Assembly (NCBI GenBank): GCA_965237905.1
Contig: OZ250172.1
Span: 1,952,001-2,016,000, forward strand
DNA: 64,000 nucleotides
Source: Nitrospinaceae bacterium
Lineage (GTDB): Bacteria > Nitrospinota > Nitrospinia > Nitrospinales > Nitrospinaceae
Direction of reading: 5' to 3'
Below the pieces are notes generated by a model that saw only the letters and a program-made list of their open reading frames with translations, was not told the origin of the DNA and did not search any database. This document shows positions 19,901 through 30,353 of this stretch, piece after piece; positions within the stretch are counted from its first letter, which is position 1, and each line of letters opens with the position of its first letter. The position numbers and the translations under genes are program-made.

Positions 19901-21076
19901 ATGGGGTTTATGGTTAGAAATATTTTACATATCGACATGGACGCGTTTTTTGTTTCGGTGGAACAGGTACGCGATCCGTCCCTCAAAGGCAAGCCGGTGA
20001 TCGTCGGTGGCGATCCGGACGGAGGACGCGGCGTGGTCGCGGCCGCATCCTATGAAGCGCGCAAGTATGGCATCCATTCCGCGATGCCCGTTACCCGCGC
20101 CAAACGGTTGTGTCCTCATGCCATCTTCCTGCGTGGGACGCATGGACTCTACAGCGAATTTTCGGCGCGCATCTTCGCCATCCTCGATCGCTACTCGCCG
20201 CTGGTAGAACCGATGTCCCTCGACGAGGCGTACGTCGACTTGACCGGGTGCGAGCGCCTGCACGGTCCCATCACCGAAACGGCGGTGCGGATGCATGACG
20301 AGATCAAAAACCAGGTGGGTATCAATGCTTCGGTCGGCATGGCGGCCAACAAGCTGATGGCGAAGATCGCCTCCGGAATGTCGAAGCCCGACGGACTCCT
20401 GCGCATCCTGCCGGGCCACGAGGCGGCGTTCCTGGCGCCGCTTTCTATCGGGCGCATTCCGGGCATCGGACCCAAAAGCGTTGAGGAGTTCAAGCGCATG
20501 GGCATTCATACCGTGCGCGATCTTTCAGCACTTCCGCTGGAGTTACTGGAGGAGGCACATGGCGAATGGGGGCACCGTCTTTATGAAAAAGCGCGCGGCA
20601 TCAGTCATTCGCCGGTGATGAAGCGCGACGACACCCGCTCGATCAGTCGCGAGACGACGCTGGACGAGGACTCAACCGACCCGGCGTTTCTGGAATCGAC
20701 GCTCAGCTGGCTGGTGGAGAAGGCGGCGTCGCAACTGCGCGAGGAAGGCCTCCGCGCCCGGTGCGTGTCGCTGAAACTACGCGACTCGAATTTCAAGACG
20801 GTCACCCGCTCGCACACGTTGAACGAAGCCGCTTGCGAAGACCACGTCATCTTTGATACGGTAGCAGGCTTGTTCCGCAAATTGTTCACGCAAAAGACGC
20901 GCGTGCGGTTGGTCGGCGTGGCGCTCACGTCGCTCACCTCCGGCACGTCGCCGCAGATGGAGTTGTTCGAAAACCTAGACGCCGAGCAGTGGCAGAAACT
21001 GTATCAGGGCATCGACCGCATCCGCGACAAATACGGTTTCCGTTCCATCTTAAGAGGATCGAGCGTTATCAATTAA
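19901..21076 (+). CDS. dinB: DNA polymerase IV (Y family)
   Basis: HIDMDAFF, AASYEAR, SLDEAY and KIASGMSKPDG; the start may be 19910. Confidence 0.96.
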   Translation: MGFMVRNILHIDMDAFFVSVEQVRDPSLKGKPVIVGGDPDGGRGVVAAASYEARKYGIHSAMPVTRAKRLCPHAIFLRGTHGLYSEFSARIFAILDRYSPLVEPMSLDEAYVDLTGCERLHGPITETAVRMHDEIKNQVGINASVGMAANKLMAKIASGMSKPDGLLRILPGHEAAFLAPLSIGRIPGIGPKSVEEFKRMGIHTVRDLSALPLELLEEAHGEWGHRLYEKARGISHSPVMKRDDTRSISRETTLDEDSTDPAFLESTLSWLVEKAASQLREEGLRARCVSLKLRDSNFKTVTRSHTLNEAACEDHVIFDTVAGLFRKLFTQKTRVRLVGVALTSLTSGTSPQMELFENLDAEQWQKLYQGIDRIRDKYGFRSILRGSSVIN

Positions 21077-21078
21077 TT

Positions 21079-22212
21079 ATGGACATAGAAAAAATACGCA
21101 AAGAGTTTCCGGTGACGGATCATCGGCTGTTCATGGATCACGCTCGCGTCGCGCCATTGCCGCGGCCGGTGCAGGCGGCTATTACCGCTTTCGCCGAGGA
21201 AGCGTGCGAGCAGGGCACGGCGCATTACGGTGAATGGTTGAAGGAAGTGGAAATCGTCCGCGCCCGCTTCGCGAAGCTCATCAACGCCGAGCCGGGGGAA
21301 GTGGCGTTCGTCAAGAATACGTCGGAAGGACTCTCCATCGTCGCCAACGGCATCGATTGGAAAGAAGGCGACAACGTGGTGATCCCGGACATCGAGTTTC
21401 CCGCCAACGTCTACCCGTGGATGAACCTGAAACGCCGGGGCGTGGGAGTCCGCTTCGTAAAGGCCGTGCGCGGTCGCGTGCCGTTCGAGCAGATCACCGC
21501 CCAGGTCAATTCCCGGACGCGCGTCCTCTCGATCAGTTCGGTCGAGTTCAATAGTGGTTTTCGTAACGACCTCAAACGTATCGGCGAATTCTGCAAGGAA
21601 AAAAATATTTACTTCTGCGTCGATGCCATACAATCGCTCGGCGTGATCCCCATGGACGTGAAGGAGTGTAATATTGATTTCCTGGCGGCTGACGGCCACA
21701 AATGGATGCTGAGCGTCGAAGGGTTGGGCGGGTTCTACATTTCCAAACGGGTACTGGACGACATCCATCCCGCCGTAGTGGGATGGGACAGCGTCGTCAA
21801 TTCCGCCGATTACGGCAACTATGACTTTACGCTGAAGCCGGATGCCAGCCGCTTTGAGGAAGGATCGTTCAACACTCTAAGCATCTACGCCTTCGGTGCC
21901 GCGCTGGCACTTTTGGAAGAAGAGGGCATCGATCACATCGAGAAACGCGTCCTGCATCTGGGCGACTGCATTCTTGAATACCTGCGCCACGGCAAGTTCA
22001 AAATCCTCAGTTCCACCGAACCGGGCGAACGTTCCGGCAGTGTCTGTTTCGCGGGAGACATGGACTATAAAAAACTGGCCCCGTATTTAAGGGAGCGGAA
22101 GGTCATCGTTTCCGTGCGCGACAATTTTGTGCGCCTGTCCCCGCACTTCTACAACACCGAAGAGGAAATAGACCGCTTCTTCACCCTCCTTGACGAGTTT
22201 CTGAAACAATAA
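21079..22212 (+). CDS. Class V PLP-dependent aminotransferase-fold enzyme
   Basis: KNTSEG, DAIQSLG, ADGHKW (PLP Lys) and RLSPHFYNT. Confidence 0.88.
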   Translation: MDIEKIRKEFPVTDHRLFMDHARVAPLPRPVQAAITAFAEEACEQGTAHYGEWLKEVEIVRARFAKLINAEPGEVAFVKNTSEGLSIVANGIDWKEGDNVVIPDIEFPANVYPWMNLKRRGVGVRFVKAVRGRVPFEQITAQVNSRTRVLSISSVEFNSGFRNDLKRIGEFCKEKNIYFCVDAIQSLGVIPMDVKECNIDFLAADGHKWMLSVEGLGGFYISKRVLDDIHPAVVGWDSVVNSADYGNYDFTLKPDASRFEEGSFNTLSIYAFGAALALLEEEGIDHIEKRVLHLGDCILEYLRHGKFKILSSTEPGERSGSVCFAGDMDYKKLAPYLRERKVIVSVRDNFVRLSPHFYNTEEEIDRFFTLLDEFLKQ

Positions 22213-22319
22213 AATTTATTTAACGGTCAAGCGGACTCTGGAGAGGCAGGCCAATGCCCTTTGGACACCTTGGCGTACGCTCCAGCTTTAAATTGATAAA
22301 GGGTTAACGTATTGTTACA

Positions 22320-23027
22320 ATGGAGATTGTGTCAGATCTGAAAACAATTGCTATTACTCAATCCAATTATATTCCCTGGAAGGGGTATTTTGATGTCATT
22401 CATTCGGTTGACGAACTGGTTTTGTATGATGACGTTCAGTTTACCAAAGGGGATTGGCGAAACCGAAACCGAATCAAAACCCAGGGGGGGTTGAAGTGGT
22501 TAACAGTTCCGGTTGAAGTGAAGGGGAAATATACCCAGAAAATCATGGATACGCGTATTAGCGACCCACGTTGGGCCAGGAAACACTGGGAAGCCATTCG
22601 CCACAGCTATTCGAAGGCCGAGTTTTTTAAGGATTACCGGGAGTTATTCGAGGAATTGTACCTCACTTGTAATGAGGAATTTTTAAGCCGGGTCAATCTT
22701 CGTTTTCTTGAGGCGGTCAACCAGGTGTTGGACATCAAGACCGCGATCCGCTGGTCCAGTGATTTTAAACTACCGGAAGGAAAAAATGAGCGGTTGATTT
22801 CGATATGCCGGGAAGCAGGGGCGACGAAATATATTTCAGGGCCTGCCGCTAAGGAGTATTTGGATGAATCCGTTTTTCGGCAGGAGGGCATCGAGGTGGA
22901 ATGGATGGATTATTCGAATTATCCGGAGTACCGTCAATTATTCCCCCCGTTTGAGCATGGGGTGTCAGTTCTGGATCTTTTATTTAACGAAGGCTCCGAT
23001 GCGAAAACCTTTATGAAGAGTTTTTGA
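22320..23027 (+). CDS. WbqC family protein
   Basis: QSNYIPWKGYFD, DDVQF..DWRNRNRI, YISGPAAK.Y and SVLDLLFN. Confidence 0.92.
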   Translation: MEIVSDLKTIAITQSNYIPWKGYFDVIHSVDELVLYDDVQFTKGDWRNRNRIKTQGGLKWLTVPVEVKGKYTQKIMDTRISDPRWARKHWEAIRHSYSKAEFFKDYRELFEELYLTCNEEFLSRVNLRFLEAVNQVLDIKTAIRWSSDFKLPEGKNERLISICREAGATKYISGPAAKEYLDESVFRQEGIEVEWMDYSNYPEYRQLFPPFEHGVSVLDLLFNEGSDAKTFMKSF

Positions 23028-23035
23028 TTGCGATC

Positions 23036-23971
23036 ATGCGTCTTTCCCTTGTAACTACTTTATACAATTCTGAATCCCACCTCCAGGAGTTTTACGATCG
23101 GATCAGCAAGTGCGCGCAGGATATCACGCACGACTATGAGTTGATCCTGGTTAATGACGGTTCGCCGGACAACTCCCTTGAATTAGCCATTTCTCTCCAT
23201 GAAAAAGACCAGCGAGTGAAGGTCGTCGACTTATCCCGAAATTTTGGACATCATAAAGCCATCATGACGGGTCTTTCCTATGCGCAATCGGATTATGTAT
23301 TTCTGATTGACAGCGATTTGGAAGAGCCTCCAGAAACCCTGAAATCCTTTTGGGAGGAAATTCAGAGTTCAAAAGATCTGGATATGGTTTTCGGGGTTCA
23401 GGGAAAACGAAAAGGCGGGTGGTTTGAAAAGATTTCCGGTTCTATTTTCTACGGATTCATTAATTTGCTCAGTGATATTAAAATACCCAGAAATTTCCTG
23501 ACGGTTCGATTAATGACTGCCAGATATAATGAAAACCTCATTCGTTGCAAAGAACGTGAAATTAATTTTAGTACCTTGACCGAGTTGACCGGGTTCGAAC
23601 AAAAAGCTGTGGCGATTGAAAAGGATAGCGGTAGCCCTTCCACATATTCACTTCTTATGAAATTTTCAATTCTGGTTAATGCCCTCACTTCTTCCACCAT
23701 AAGGCCACTATGGATTATATTTTATTTGGGTTTGGGAATAACTTTGATCTCCTCGGTTTTTATTTTAAAATTATTAATTGACAGAGGAGTGTATGGTGTC
23801 GGGTTGGAGGGGTGGACCTCGGTGATTGTCTCGATTTTCTTTTTTGGCGGGTTGATAATTTTTGTACTGGGAGTTATTGGGATATATTTATCCAAAATTT
23901 TTATTGAATCCAAGCATCGGCCTTACACTGTGATCAAAAAATTATATGGGTTGAATGAAGGCATCCTGTAA
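23036..23971 (+). CDS. GT2 polyprenyl-phosphate glycosyltransferase (GtrB/ArnC-like)
   Basis: VNDGSPD, LSRNFGHHKA, IDSDL, two C-terminal TMs and RPY. Confidence 0.9.
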   Translation: MRLSLVTTLYNSESHLQEFYDRISKCAQDITHDYELILVNDGSPDNSLELAISLHEKDQRVKVVDLSRNFGHHKAIMTGLSYAQSDYVFLIDSDLEEPPETLKSFWEEIQSSKDLDMVFGVQGKRKGGWFEKISGSIFYGFINLLSDIKIPRNFLTVRLMTARYNENLIRCKEREINFSTLTELTGFEQKAVAIEKDSGSPSTYSLLMKFSILVNALTSSTIRPLWIIFYLGLGITLISSVFILKLLIDRGVYGVGLEGWTSVIVSIFFFGGLIIFVLGVIGIYLSKIFIESKHRPYTVIKKLYGLNEGIL

Positions 23972-24039
23972 TTTCTCAATCTTCCCAGGCACGACAGCCC
24001 TGAGTTTTTGCTTATTTTTGTTTGAATTTTGGACACCCT

Positions 24040-24843
24040 ATGGAATTCGTGAAGATTGATCCTCCTGGAGCCTTTTGTTTTAATGAAGCGGTATTGGATA
24101 TCCTGCAAAGGAAGCTGGGTGGTTGGGATCCCGATGTTCATTTTATAGAGGTGGGGTGTGGTGGTGGCGGATTATCCAAAATTCTATGTGAAAAGGGCTT
24201 GCGGGGTGTGGGGATTGATTTTTCGATTCAAGCCATCGAAATTGCGAAGGAAAATCTCAGTCAGTTTATTGCGTCGGGGCAATATCAATTAACCCAAGCG
24301 GATTTTATGAAGGAAAACGAGTTGGTTGAATGGAATCACCAGGCCGACCTGGTGTTCAGCATGATGGTAATGGAGCATGTTAAAGATGAAGACCTTTTCA
24401 TAGAAAACCTGTTGCGGTTAGTGAAGCCTGGAGGGTATTGCCTGCTTGCGGTTCCTGGCAGAAAAGACCATTGGGGTTACGAGGACGAAACAGTGGGGCA
24501 TCTCAGGCGTTACGACAACGGCGATTTGAAGCAGGTTATGGAAAAGGGTGGATTGGCCCAAGTGGAAATCCTGTCAGTAGGGGTTCCCGTTGTTAATTTA
24601 TTGTATGGCATTGGAAATTTTATTATCAAAAGAAGTGACGATAGGAAAAAGCTGAAATGGTCAACCCGCCAGCAGACGGAAGCCAGCGGTATCCGGGGAA
24701 TTCCTTTCAAAACGGTGTTCCCTTCCTTTTTTAAAATTATCCTGAACCGCGTAACCCTTTACCCGTTATTTATTTTGCAGCGACTTTTTTATAATACCAA
24801 CCTGGGTTTGACCATGCTCGGGATAGGAAAGGTAAAGGAGTAA
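24040..24843 (+). CDS. Class I SAM-dependent methyltransferase
   Basis: EVGCGGG, VMEHVKD, VKPGG and GHLRRY. Confidence 0.85.
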   Translation: MEFVKIDPPGAFCFNEAVLDILQRKLGGWDPDVHFIEVGCGGGGLSKILCEKGLRGVGIDFSIQAIEIAKENLSQFIASGQYQLTQADFMKENELVEWNHQADLVFSMMVMEHVKDEDLFIENLLRLVKPGGYCLLAVPGRKDHWGYEDETVGHLRRYDNGDLKQVMEKGGLAQVEILSVGVPVVNLLYGIGNFIIKRSDDRKKLKWSTRQQTEASGIRGIPFKTVFPSFFKIILNRVTLYPLFILQRLFYNTNLGLTMLGIGKVKE

Positions 24844-24896
24844 GACCTTATTTGATTTTAAAATATCAAAAATCCTGTTTTTCAGATAATCAATTG

Positions 24897-25523
24897 ATGA
24901 AATCGACAGAAATTAAAATTAAAGTTTCCGAATATTATACGGAAAAATTGAATCAATGGGGCGCTACTTCCCAAGGCGTGGATTGGAATTCCAAGGAATC
25001 CCATGAAATCCGTTTTGAGCAATTGTTAAAGGTTTGTGATTTCTCAAAGCCATTTTCTATCAACGATTTGGGATGTGGTTATGGTGCCTTGTATGGTTAT
25101 ATGGCCGAACGAGGGTATGATTTCGAATATCATGGATATGATCTGTCAGAAGCCATGATTGAAAAGGCCCGATCTCTATACGGAGAAGGAGAAAACGGTC
25201 GTTTTGATCAAAGCGATGTCCTTGAGAAGGCGGATTACACCACAGCCTGCGGGCTGTTCAATGTCAAGATGGATGTTGATCCTAAGGATTGGGGGGAATA
25301 TATTCTCGGCGTTCTGGATAAAATCAACCAGGCCAGCCATAAAGGGTTTTCTTTTAATGCTCTGACTCGCTATTCGGACAAGGAGTATATGAAAGATAAT
25401 CTTTATTATTCCGATCCCTGTTTTTATTTTGATTATTGCAAAAGAAATTTCTCTTCCCATGTCGCGCTATTGCATGATTATCCTTTATATGAGTTTTCCA
25501 TCCTCGTCAGGAAGGACACTTAA
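24897..25523 (+). CDS. Class I SAM-dependent methyltransferase
   Basis: DLGCGYG, YDLSEAMI and HDYPLYEF. Confidence 0.85.
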   Translation: MKSTEIKIKVSEYYTEKLNQWGATSQGVDWNSKESHEIRFEQLLKVCDFSKPFSINDLGCGYGALYGYMAERGYDFEYHGYDLSEAMIEKARSLYGEGENGRFDQSDVLEKADYTTACGLFNVKMDVDPKDWGEYILGVLDKINQASHKGFSFNALTRYSDKEYMKDNLYYSDPCFYFDYCKRNFSSHVALLHDYPLYEFSILVRKDT

Positions 25524-26185
25524 TGGCAAATATTGTAATATTTGGAGCAGGAGAGATCGCGGAAATCGCGCATTTTTACTTCAAGCACGATAGCGATCAC
25601 CATATTTCTGCATTTTGTGTGGACCGGGACTATCTGGAAAGCGACCAAATTTGCGGTCTGCCGGTGGTTCCCTTCGAGGAAATTGACACGCATTATCCAC
25701 CGGCGGACCATCAAATGTTTGTGGCGCTGAGTTACTCTAAAGTCAACGCCCTCCGAGCGGAAAAGTATCAGGCGGTTAAAGCCAAAGGTTATCAAGTGGT
25801 CAGTTATGTCAGTAGTAAGGCGACGGTCTGGCCAGGACTTAAGGTGGGAGAAAACTGTTTTATTCTGGAGGACAATACCATTCAACCGTTTGTCACTATT
25901 GGAAACAATGTGACGTTGTGGAGCGGAAATCACATTGGGCATCACTCCTGTATCCAGGATAATTGTTTTATCGCATCCCATGTGGTCGTATCGGGGGGCG
26001 TGACGATTGAAGAAAATTGTTTCCTGGGAGTGAACGTCACTTTGCGTGATCATATTACTTTGGGGCGGAACTGCGTTATCGGCGCAGGAGCTCTGATCCT
26101 TCAAGACACGGAAGAAAATGGCGTGTATTTAGGTACAGCGGGAGAACGTTCCCGGGTTCCCAGCAATCGGTTAAAAAAAATATAA
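25523..26185 (+). CDS. Sugar acyltransferase, NeuD/PglD-like left-handed beta-helix
   Basis: N-terminal IFGAG and hexapeptide repeats with GNHIGHH. Confidence 0.88.
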   Translation: MANIVIFGAGEIAEIAHFYFKHDSDHHISAFCVDRDYLESDQICGLPVVPFEEIDTHYPPADHQMFVALSYSKVNALRAEKYQAVKAKGYQVVSYVSSKATVWPGLKVGENCFILEDNTIQPFVTIGNNVTLWSGNHIGHHSCIQDNCFIASHVVVSGGVTIEENCFLGVNVTLRDHITLGRNCVIGAGALILQDTEENGVYLGTAGERSRVPSNRLKKI

Positions 26186-26198
26186 GTTGTAAGGCGAT

Positions 26199-27032
26199 GT
26201 GATGACACCCAAAAATAAATTTTATGGAAATACTCGCCAAGCTGAAGTCCATGATGAGATGGAGCGTTGTGTAGAGGAAATCAAGGCGGTTGGGTATTCC
26301 GTTCTTGGAAAGGTTACGCCCGAAAGCGAATTAAAGAAATACAGAAGCAAGATTGATGAAGTTTATCGCCGGCAGGAGGAAGAATTAGGGCGCGATTACC
26401 TGACTGAAATTAATGAATTACATATAGCGCGGGCTTTGTTGGCTTATGATGATTATTTTTTAAGGCTTGTGACGCATGACAACACTTTGGGAATCGTTGA
26501 AAAAATATTAGGTAATTATTTTATTATCAATCTTCAGAATGCCATCATTAGTTTGCCGGATCAGGAACATCACCAAAGTGCCTGGCATCGGGATTTGCCT
26601 TATCAAAATTTTGTCATCAGTAATCCCATTGCCCTAAACGTATTTTATTGCATTGACGAATTTTCTGAGAAGACTGGGGGAACGGAACTTGTTCCGTTTA
26701 CGCATCGAATGGACAGTATTCCTTCTGAGGAATATATAAACAAGCATAAGGTTATGCTCCATTGTCCTGCGGGTTCGGTAGTGATTTTCGATTCGATGTT
26801 GTTGCACAAGGCTGGATACAATTCATCTGAAAATATCCGCCGAGGTGTGAATCATATTTTTTCTGTTCCCATTATGAAGCAACAATATGATTTCCCCGCC
26901 ATGTTGAAGGGAAAGTTTAGTGAAGACCCCTTTCTCAATCGATTGCTGGGTTATGACAGTCAGGTTCCTTCCAGCATCGTTGAATGGAGACAGCTTCGTT
27001 ATCAAAAAATCAAACAGAGACAGCAAGGATGA
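26199..27032 (+). CDS. Phytanoyl-CoA dioxygenase (PhyH) family Fe/2OG dioxygenase
   Basis: WHRD...H triad (LLHKAG.N.S...RR) and GGTELVPFTH. Confidence 0.85.
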   Translation: MMTPKNKFYGNTRQAEVHDEMERCVEEIKAVGYSVLGKVTPESELKKYRSKIDEVYRRQEEELGRDYLTEINELHIARALLAYDDYFLRLVTHDNTLGIVEKILGNYFIINLQNAIISLPDQEHHQSAWHRDLPYQNFVISNPIALNVFYCIDEFSEKTGGTELVPFTHRMDSIPSEEYINKHKVMLHCPAGSVVIFDSMLLHKAGYNSSENIRRGVNHIFSVPIMKQQYDFPAMLKGKFSEDPFLNRLLGYDSQVPSSIVEWRQLRYQKIKQRQQG

Positions 27033-27937
27033 GATGGAAGAAGCTGGGTCAGGTGTTTGTGCCCGATAACCACCATCCCTGGATGCGAACCCATGCCGCC
27101 AATACCGTTGCCGAGCATTTGGCGGACGACTTGTTTCGAGTCTATTTCAGTTGCCGGGATGAAAAAAATCGATCCAGTATCGGATCCATCGACGTGAATA
27201 TCAACCCTCCCTTTAAAGTTAAAAGAATTTCCGAGAAGCCGGTTTTGGTCCGGGGAGAGGCAGGGTTGTTCGATGACAGCGGGGTATCCCTTTCGTGTAT
27301 TACAACCGTCAGTGGTAAAAAATTCATGTATTACCTGGGATGGAATCTGGGGGTAACGGTTCCCTGGAGAAACAGCATCGGTTTGGCTGTTTATAAGGAA
27401 CAGTCGGGTGAATACGGAAAATATGGAAAGGCGCCACTGCTGGACCGGTGTGAGGTGGATCCCTATTCGATATCGTATCCATTTGTCATGAAAGACGGGG
27501 GTGTATACCGGATGTGGTACGGGTCCAACTTGGCTTGGGGGAAAGATCAAAAGGAGATGGCGCATGTCATAAAATATGCCGAATCGAACGACGGGATTGA
27601 TTGGAAACGCGATGGAAGCATCGCGCTCAACTTTAAAAACGATCAGGAATATGCCATGTCCCGGCCTTATGTGATCAAGGAAGAGGGAATTTACAAAATG
27701 TGGTATTCCTACCGGGGAGAGGCTTATCGCATTGGTTATGCAGAGTCTTCAGATGGAGTTCAATGGATTCGAAAGGACGAACTTGTGGGGATCGATGTCT
27801 CCTCTGAGGGATGGGACAGCGAATCGGTGGAATACCCGTTTATCTTTGATCATAGAGGGCAACGGTACATGCTCTATAATGGAAACGGCTATGGGAAAAC
27901 GGGGTTCGGGCTGGCGGTTCTCGAGCAAAACCATTAA
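27029..27937 (+). CDS. Five-bladed beta-propeller, glycosylase-like protein
   Basis: Repeated blades YPFV..MWY..IGYAES.DG..W; MRWKKLG start. Confidence 0.75.
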   Translation: MRWKKLGQVFVPDNHHPWMRTHAANTVAEHLADDLFRVYFSCRDEKNRSSIGSIDVNINPPFKVKRISEKPVLVRGEAGLFDDSGVSLSCITTVSGKKFMYYLGWNLGVTVPWRNSIGLAVYKEQSGEYGKYGKAPLLDRCEVDPYSISYPFVMKDGGVYRMWYGSNLAWGKDQKEMAHVIKYAESNDGIDWKRDGSIALNFKNDQEYAMSRPYVIKEEGIYKMWYSYRGEAYRIGYAESSDGVQWIRKDELVGIDVSSEGWDSESVEYPFIFDHRGQRYMLYNGNGYGKTGFGLAVLEQNH

Positions 27938-27954
27938 CCGGAAAGAGGTTGGGC

Positions 27955-28317
27955 ATGCATTACCTTTATATTTTGATTACCATTGTTTTGACGGTCTACG
28001 GACAGCTGGTGGTGAAATGGCAGGTCAGTCTGGCCGGCGCCCTTCCCGCTTCCAACTGGGAAAAGATTCTATTCCTGAGTAAACTGTTGATCAATCCTTG
28101 GGTGATAAGCGCAATGGCGGCTGCCCTTCTGGCGGGTATGGCTTGGATGGCCGCAATGACCAAACTCCACCTTTCTTATGCCTATCCGTTTATGGGATTA
28201 ACTTTTATACTGGTTCTGATATTGAGCGGAGTTTTCTTTGACGAGCCCATGAATTGGCAGAAGACAGTGGGTGTTTTGTTGATAATGGGCGGCATTGCTT
28301 TGAGTAGCCAGGGATGA
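27955..28317 (+). CDS. SMR/EamA-type transporter (ArnE/ArnF-like flippase subunit)
   Basis: Four TMs, LSYAYPF and FFDEP. Confidence 0.82.
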   Translation: MHYLYILITIVLTVYGQLVVKWQVSLAGALPASNWEKILFLSKLLINPWVISAMAAALLAGMAWMAAMTKLHLSYAYPFMGLTFILVLILSGVFFDEPMNWQKTVGVLLIMGGIALSSQG

Positions 28318-29192
28318 GGGTTTGCCCGCAGTGCCAACAGAGTCCGTTGGCGGAAAACTGGAGGTGTCCTTCCTGCCACTATCAGCCTCTCCATAAAGAT
28401 GGATTTGTGTTGTTTGCTCCCGACTTGGTGGAAGAGTACAAAGGTTTTCCTCCAGAAAGATATCCTTTATTGGCCAAGCATGAGTCCGATAATTTCTGGT
28501 TCCGTTCCAGAAACAAATTGGTTCTCTGGGTTCTAAAACGTCACTTTCAAAATATGGAAAATTTTCTGGAGATTGGATGTGGAACCGGATTTGTCTTGTC
28601 GGGAGTGGCTTCCGCTTTTTCTGAAGTGAGCTTGAGCGCCAGTGAAATCGACTCCGCCGGTCTTCCATTCGTACGTCAAAAAGTGCAGAGCGCCGACATA
28701 TTTCAAATGGACGCCCGGCAAATTCCATTTAAAGAAGAATTTGATGTGATTGGTGCTTTTGATGTGATTGAGCATATTGAAGAAGACGAAAAGGTGTTGG
28801 GTCAAATTTATAACGCATGCAAGCCAGGAGGTGGGGTGGTCATTACAGTGCCCCAACATCCCTGGCTGTGGAGTGAAGTGGATGTCTTTTCCCATCACAA
28901 GAGACGATACACGAGAAAAGAGTTGGTTGGCAAAATGAAAGAGGCCGGTTTCGAAATTATAGAAACGATCTCTTTTATGTCTCTCCTGCTGCCTGCGATG
29001 TTATTGTCACGTTTAAAAAACACATCCAAAAATGATTTTGATCCCATGCGGGAATTTTCAATGCCAAAATTCATCAATCGGGTACTGGAAAAAATAATGG
29101 ATATCGAGCGGGTTTTAATTCAGGTGGGCCTGGGTTTTCCAGGTGGGGGCTCTCTCCTTTGCGTGGGAATAAAGAATAAAAACTATGACTGA
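28314..29192 (+). CDS. SAM-dependent methyltransferase with N-terminal Zn-ribbon
   Basis: CPQC..CPSC, NFWF.SRN, EIGCGTG, FDVIEH and HKRRY. Confidence 0.88.
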   Translation: MRVCPQCQQSPLAENWRCPSCHYQPLHKDGFVLFAPDLVEEYKGFPPERYPLLAKHESDNFWFRSRNKLVLWVLKRHFQNMENFLEIGCGTGFVLSGVASAFSEVSLSASEIDSAGLPFVRQKVQSADIFQMDARQIPFKEEFDVIGAFDVIEHIEEDEKVLGQIYNACKPGGGVVITVPQHPWLWSEVDVFSHHKRRYTRKELVGKMKEAGFEIIETISFMSLLLPAMLLSRLKNTSKNDFDPMREFSMPKFINRVLEKIMDIERVLIQVGLGFPGGGSLLCVGIKNKNYD

Positions 29193-30330
29193 AGACAGTA
29201 AGATTCCATACAATCGGCCTTTTATCGTCGGTAAGGAGCTAGAGTATATCTCGCAAGCGGTGATGGAGCACGGCCATATTTCCGGCAACGGTCCATTTAC
29301 CAAAAAATGCCAGACGTGGTTGGAGCAAAACCTGGGTTGTCCTAAAGCATTGCTCACCCATTCTTGTACGGCAGCATTGGAAATGGCCGCAATTTTGTGT
29401 GATATCCAACCGGGGGATGAAGTGATTATGCCTTCCTTCACTTTTGTTTCCACCGCCAATGCTTTTGTTCTGCGTGGAGGGGTGCCTGTGTTTGTCGATA
29501 TCCGTCCCGATACTTTGAACTTGAATGAAGAGCGGATTGCCTCCTCCATCACTGCTAAAACAAAGGCCGTCGTTCCGGTACATTACGCGGGTATCCCCTG
29601 TGCGATAGATGAAATCCTGGGTATCGCCGAGAAAAATAAATTGTTGGTGATAGAAGATGCCGCTCAAGCTTATTTGTCCCGGTACAAAGGCCGGTCCTTG
29701 GGAACCCTGGGTCACCTGGGATGTCTCAGTTTTCATGAGACCAAAAATATTATCAGCGGAGAAGGTGGAGCTCTGTTGATTAACGATGAACGGTTGATGG
29801 ATCGGGCTGAAATCATCTGGGAAAAAGGAACCGATCGCAACCAGTTCCTTCGAGGAGAAGTAGATAAATACTCATGGCAGGATATCGGGTCTTCCTATCT
29901 TCCAAGCGAATTGGTCAGCGCCTTCCTCTATGCACAGCTGGAAAAGGCGGCGTCTATAATTTCAAAACGTTCCAAGGTGTTTTTTATTTATTATGAAGGT
30001 TTAAAAGATCTCCAGGACAAAGGATGTATTCAACTGCCCCGCCTGCAGGAGGGAACGGATGGCAATGCGCACATTTTTTTCATTGTGGGCTCAGATGTCG
30101 AACAAAGCCGCCGCCTGCTCGAGCACCTCAGATCGAAAAACATTGATGCCATTACCCATTATGTTCCACTCCACTCCTCGAAAGCCGGTAAAAAGTATGG
30201 AAAGGTCTCAGGAAAGATGACGGTAACGGATGATATGAGTCGGAGGGTAATCCGGCTCCCCTTATTTTACGGCATACAGGAAAAAGAGGTGGACCGAGTG
30301 GCCCAAGCCATCAGGGATTTTTTCAGTTAG
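29185..30330 (+). CDS. rffA: dTDP-4-amino-4,6-dideoxyhexose transaminase (RffA/WecE)
   Basis: SCTAALE, EDAAQ, SFHETKN, EKGTDR and HYVPLH. Confidence 0.92.
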   Translation: MTEDSKIPYNRPFIVGKELEYISQAVMEHGHISGNGPFTKKCQTWLEQNLGCPKALLTHSCTAALEMAAILCDIQPGDEVIMPSFTFVSTANAFVLRGGVPVFVDIRPDTLNLNEERIASSITAKTKAVVPVHYAGIPCAIDEILGIAEKNKLLVIEDAAQAYLSRYKGRSLGTLGHLGCLSFHETKNIISGEGGALLINDERLMDRAEIIWEKGTDRNQFLRGEVDKYSWQDIGSSYLPSELVSAFLYAQLEKAASIISKRSKVFFIYYEGLKDLQDKGCIQLPRLQEGTDGNAHIFFIVGSDVEQSRRLLEHLRSKNIDAITHYVPLHSSKAGKKYGKVSGKMTVTDDMSRRVIRLPLFYGIQEKEVDRVAQAIRDFFS

Positions 30331-30353
30331 TTTTGCTGGGGAGAGTTGTTTCC

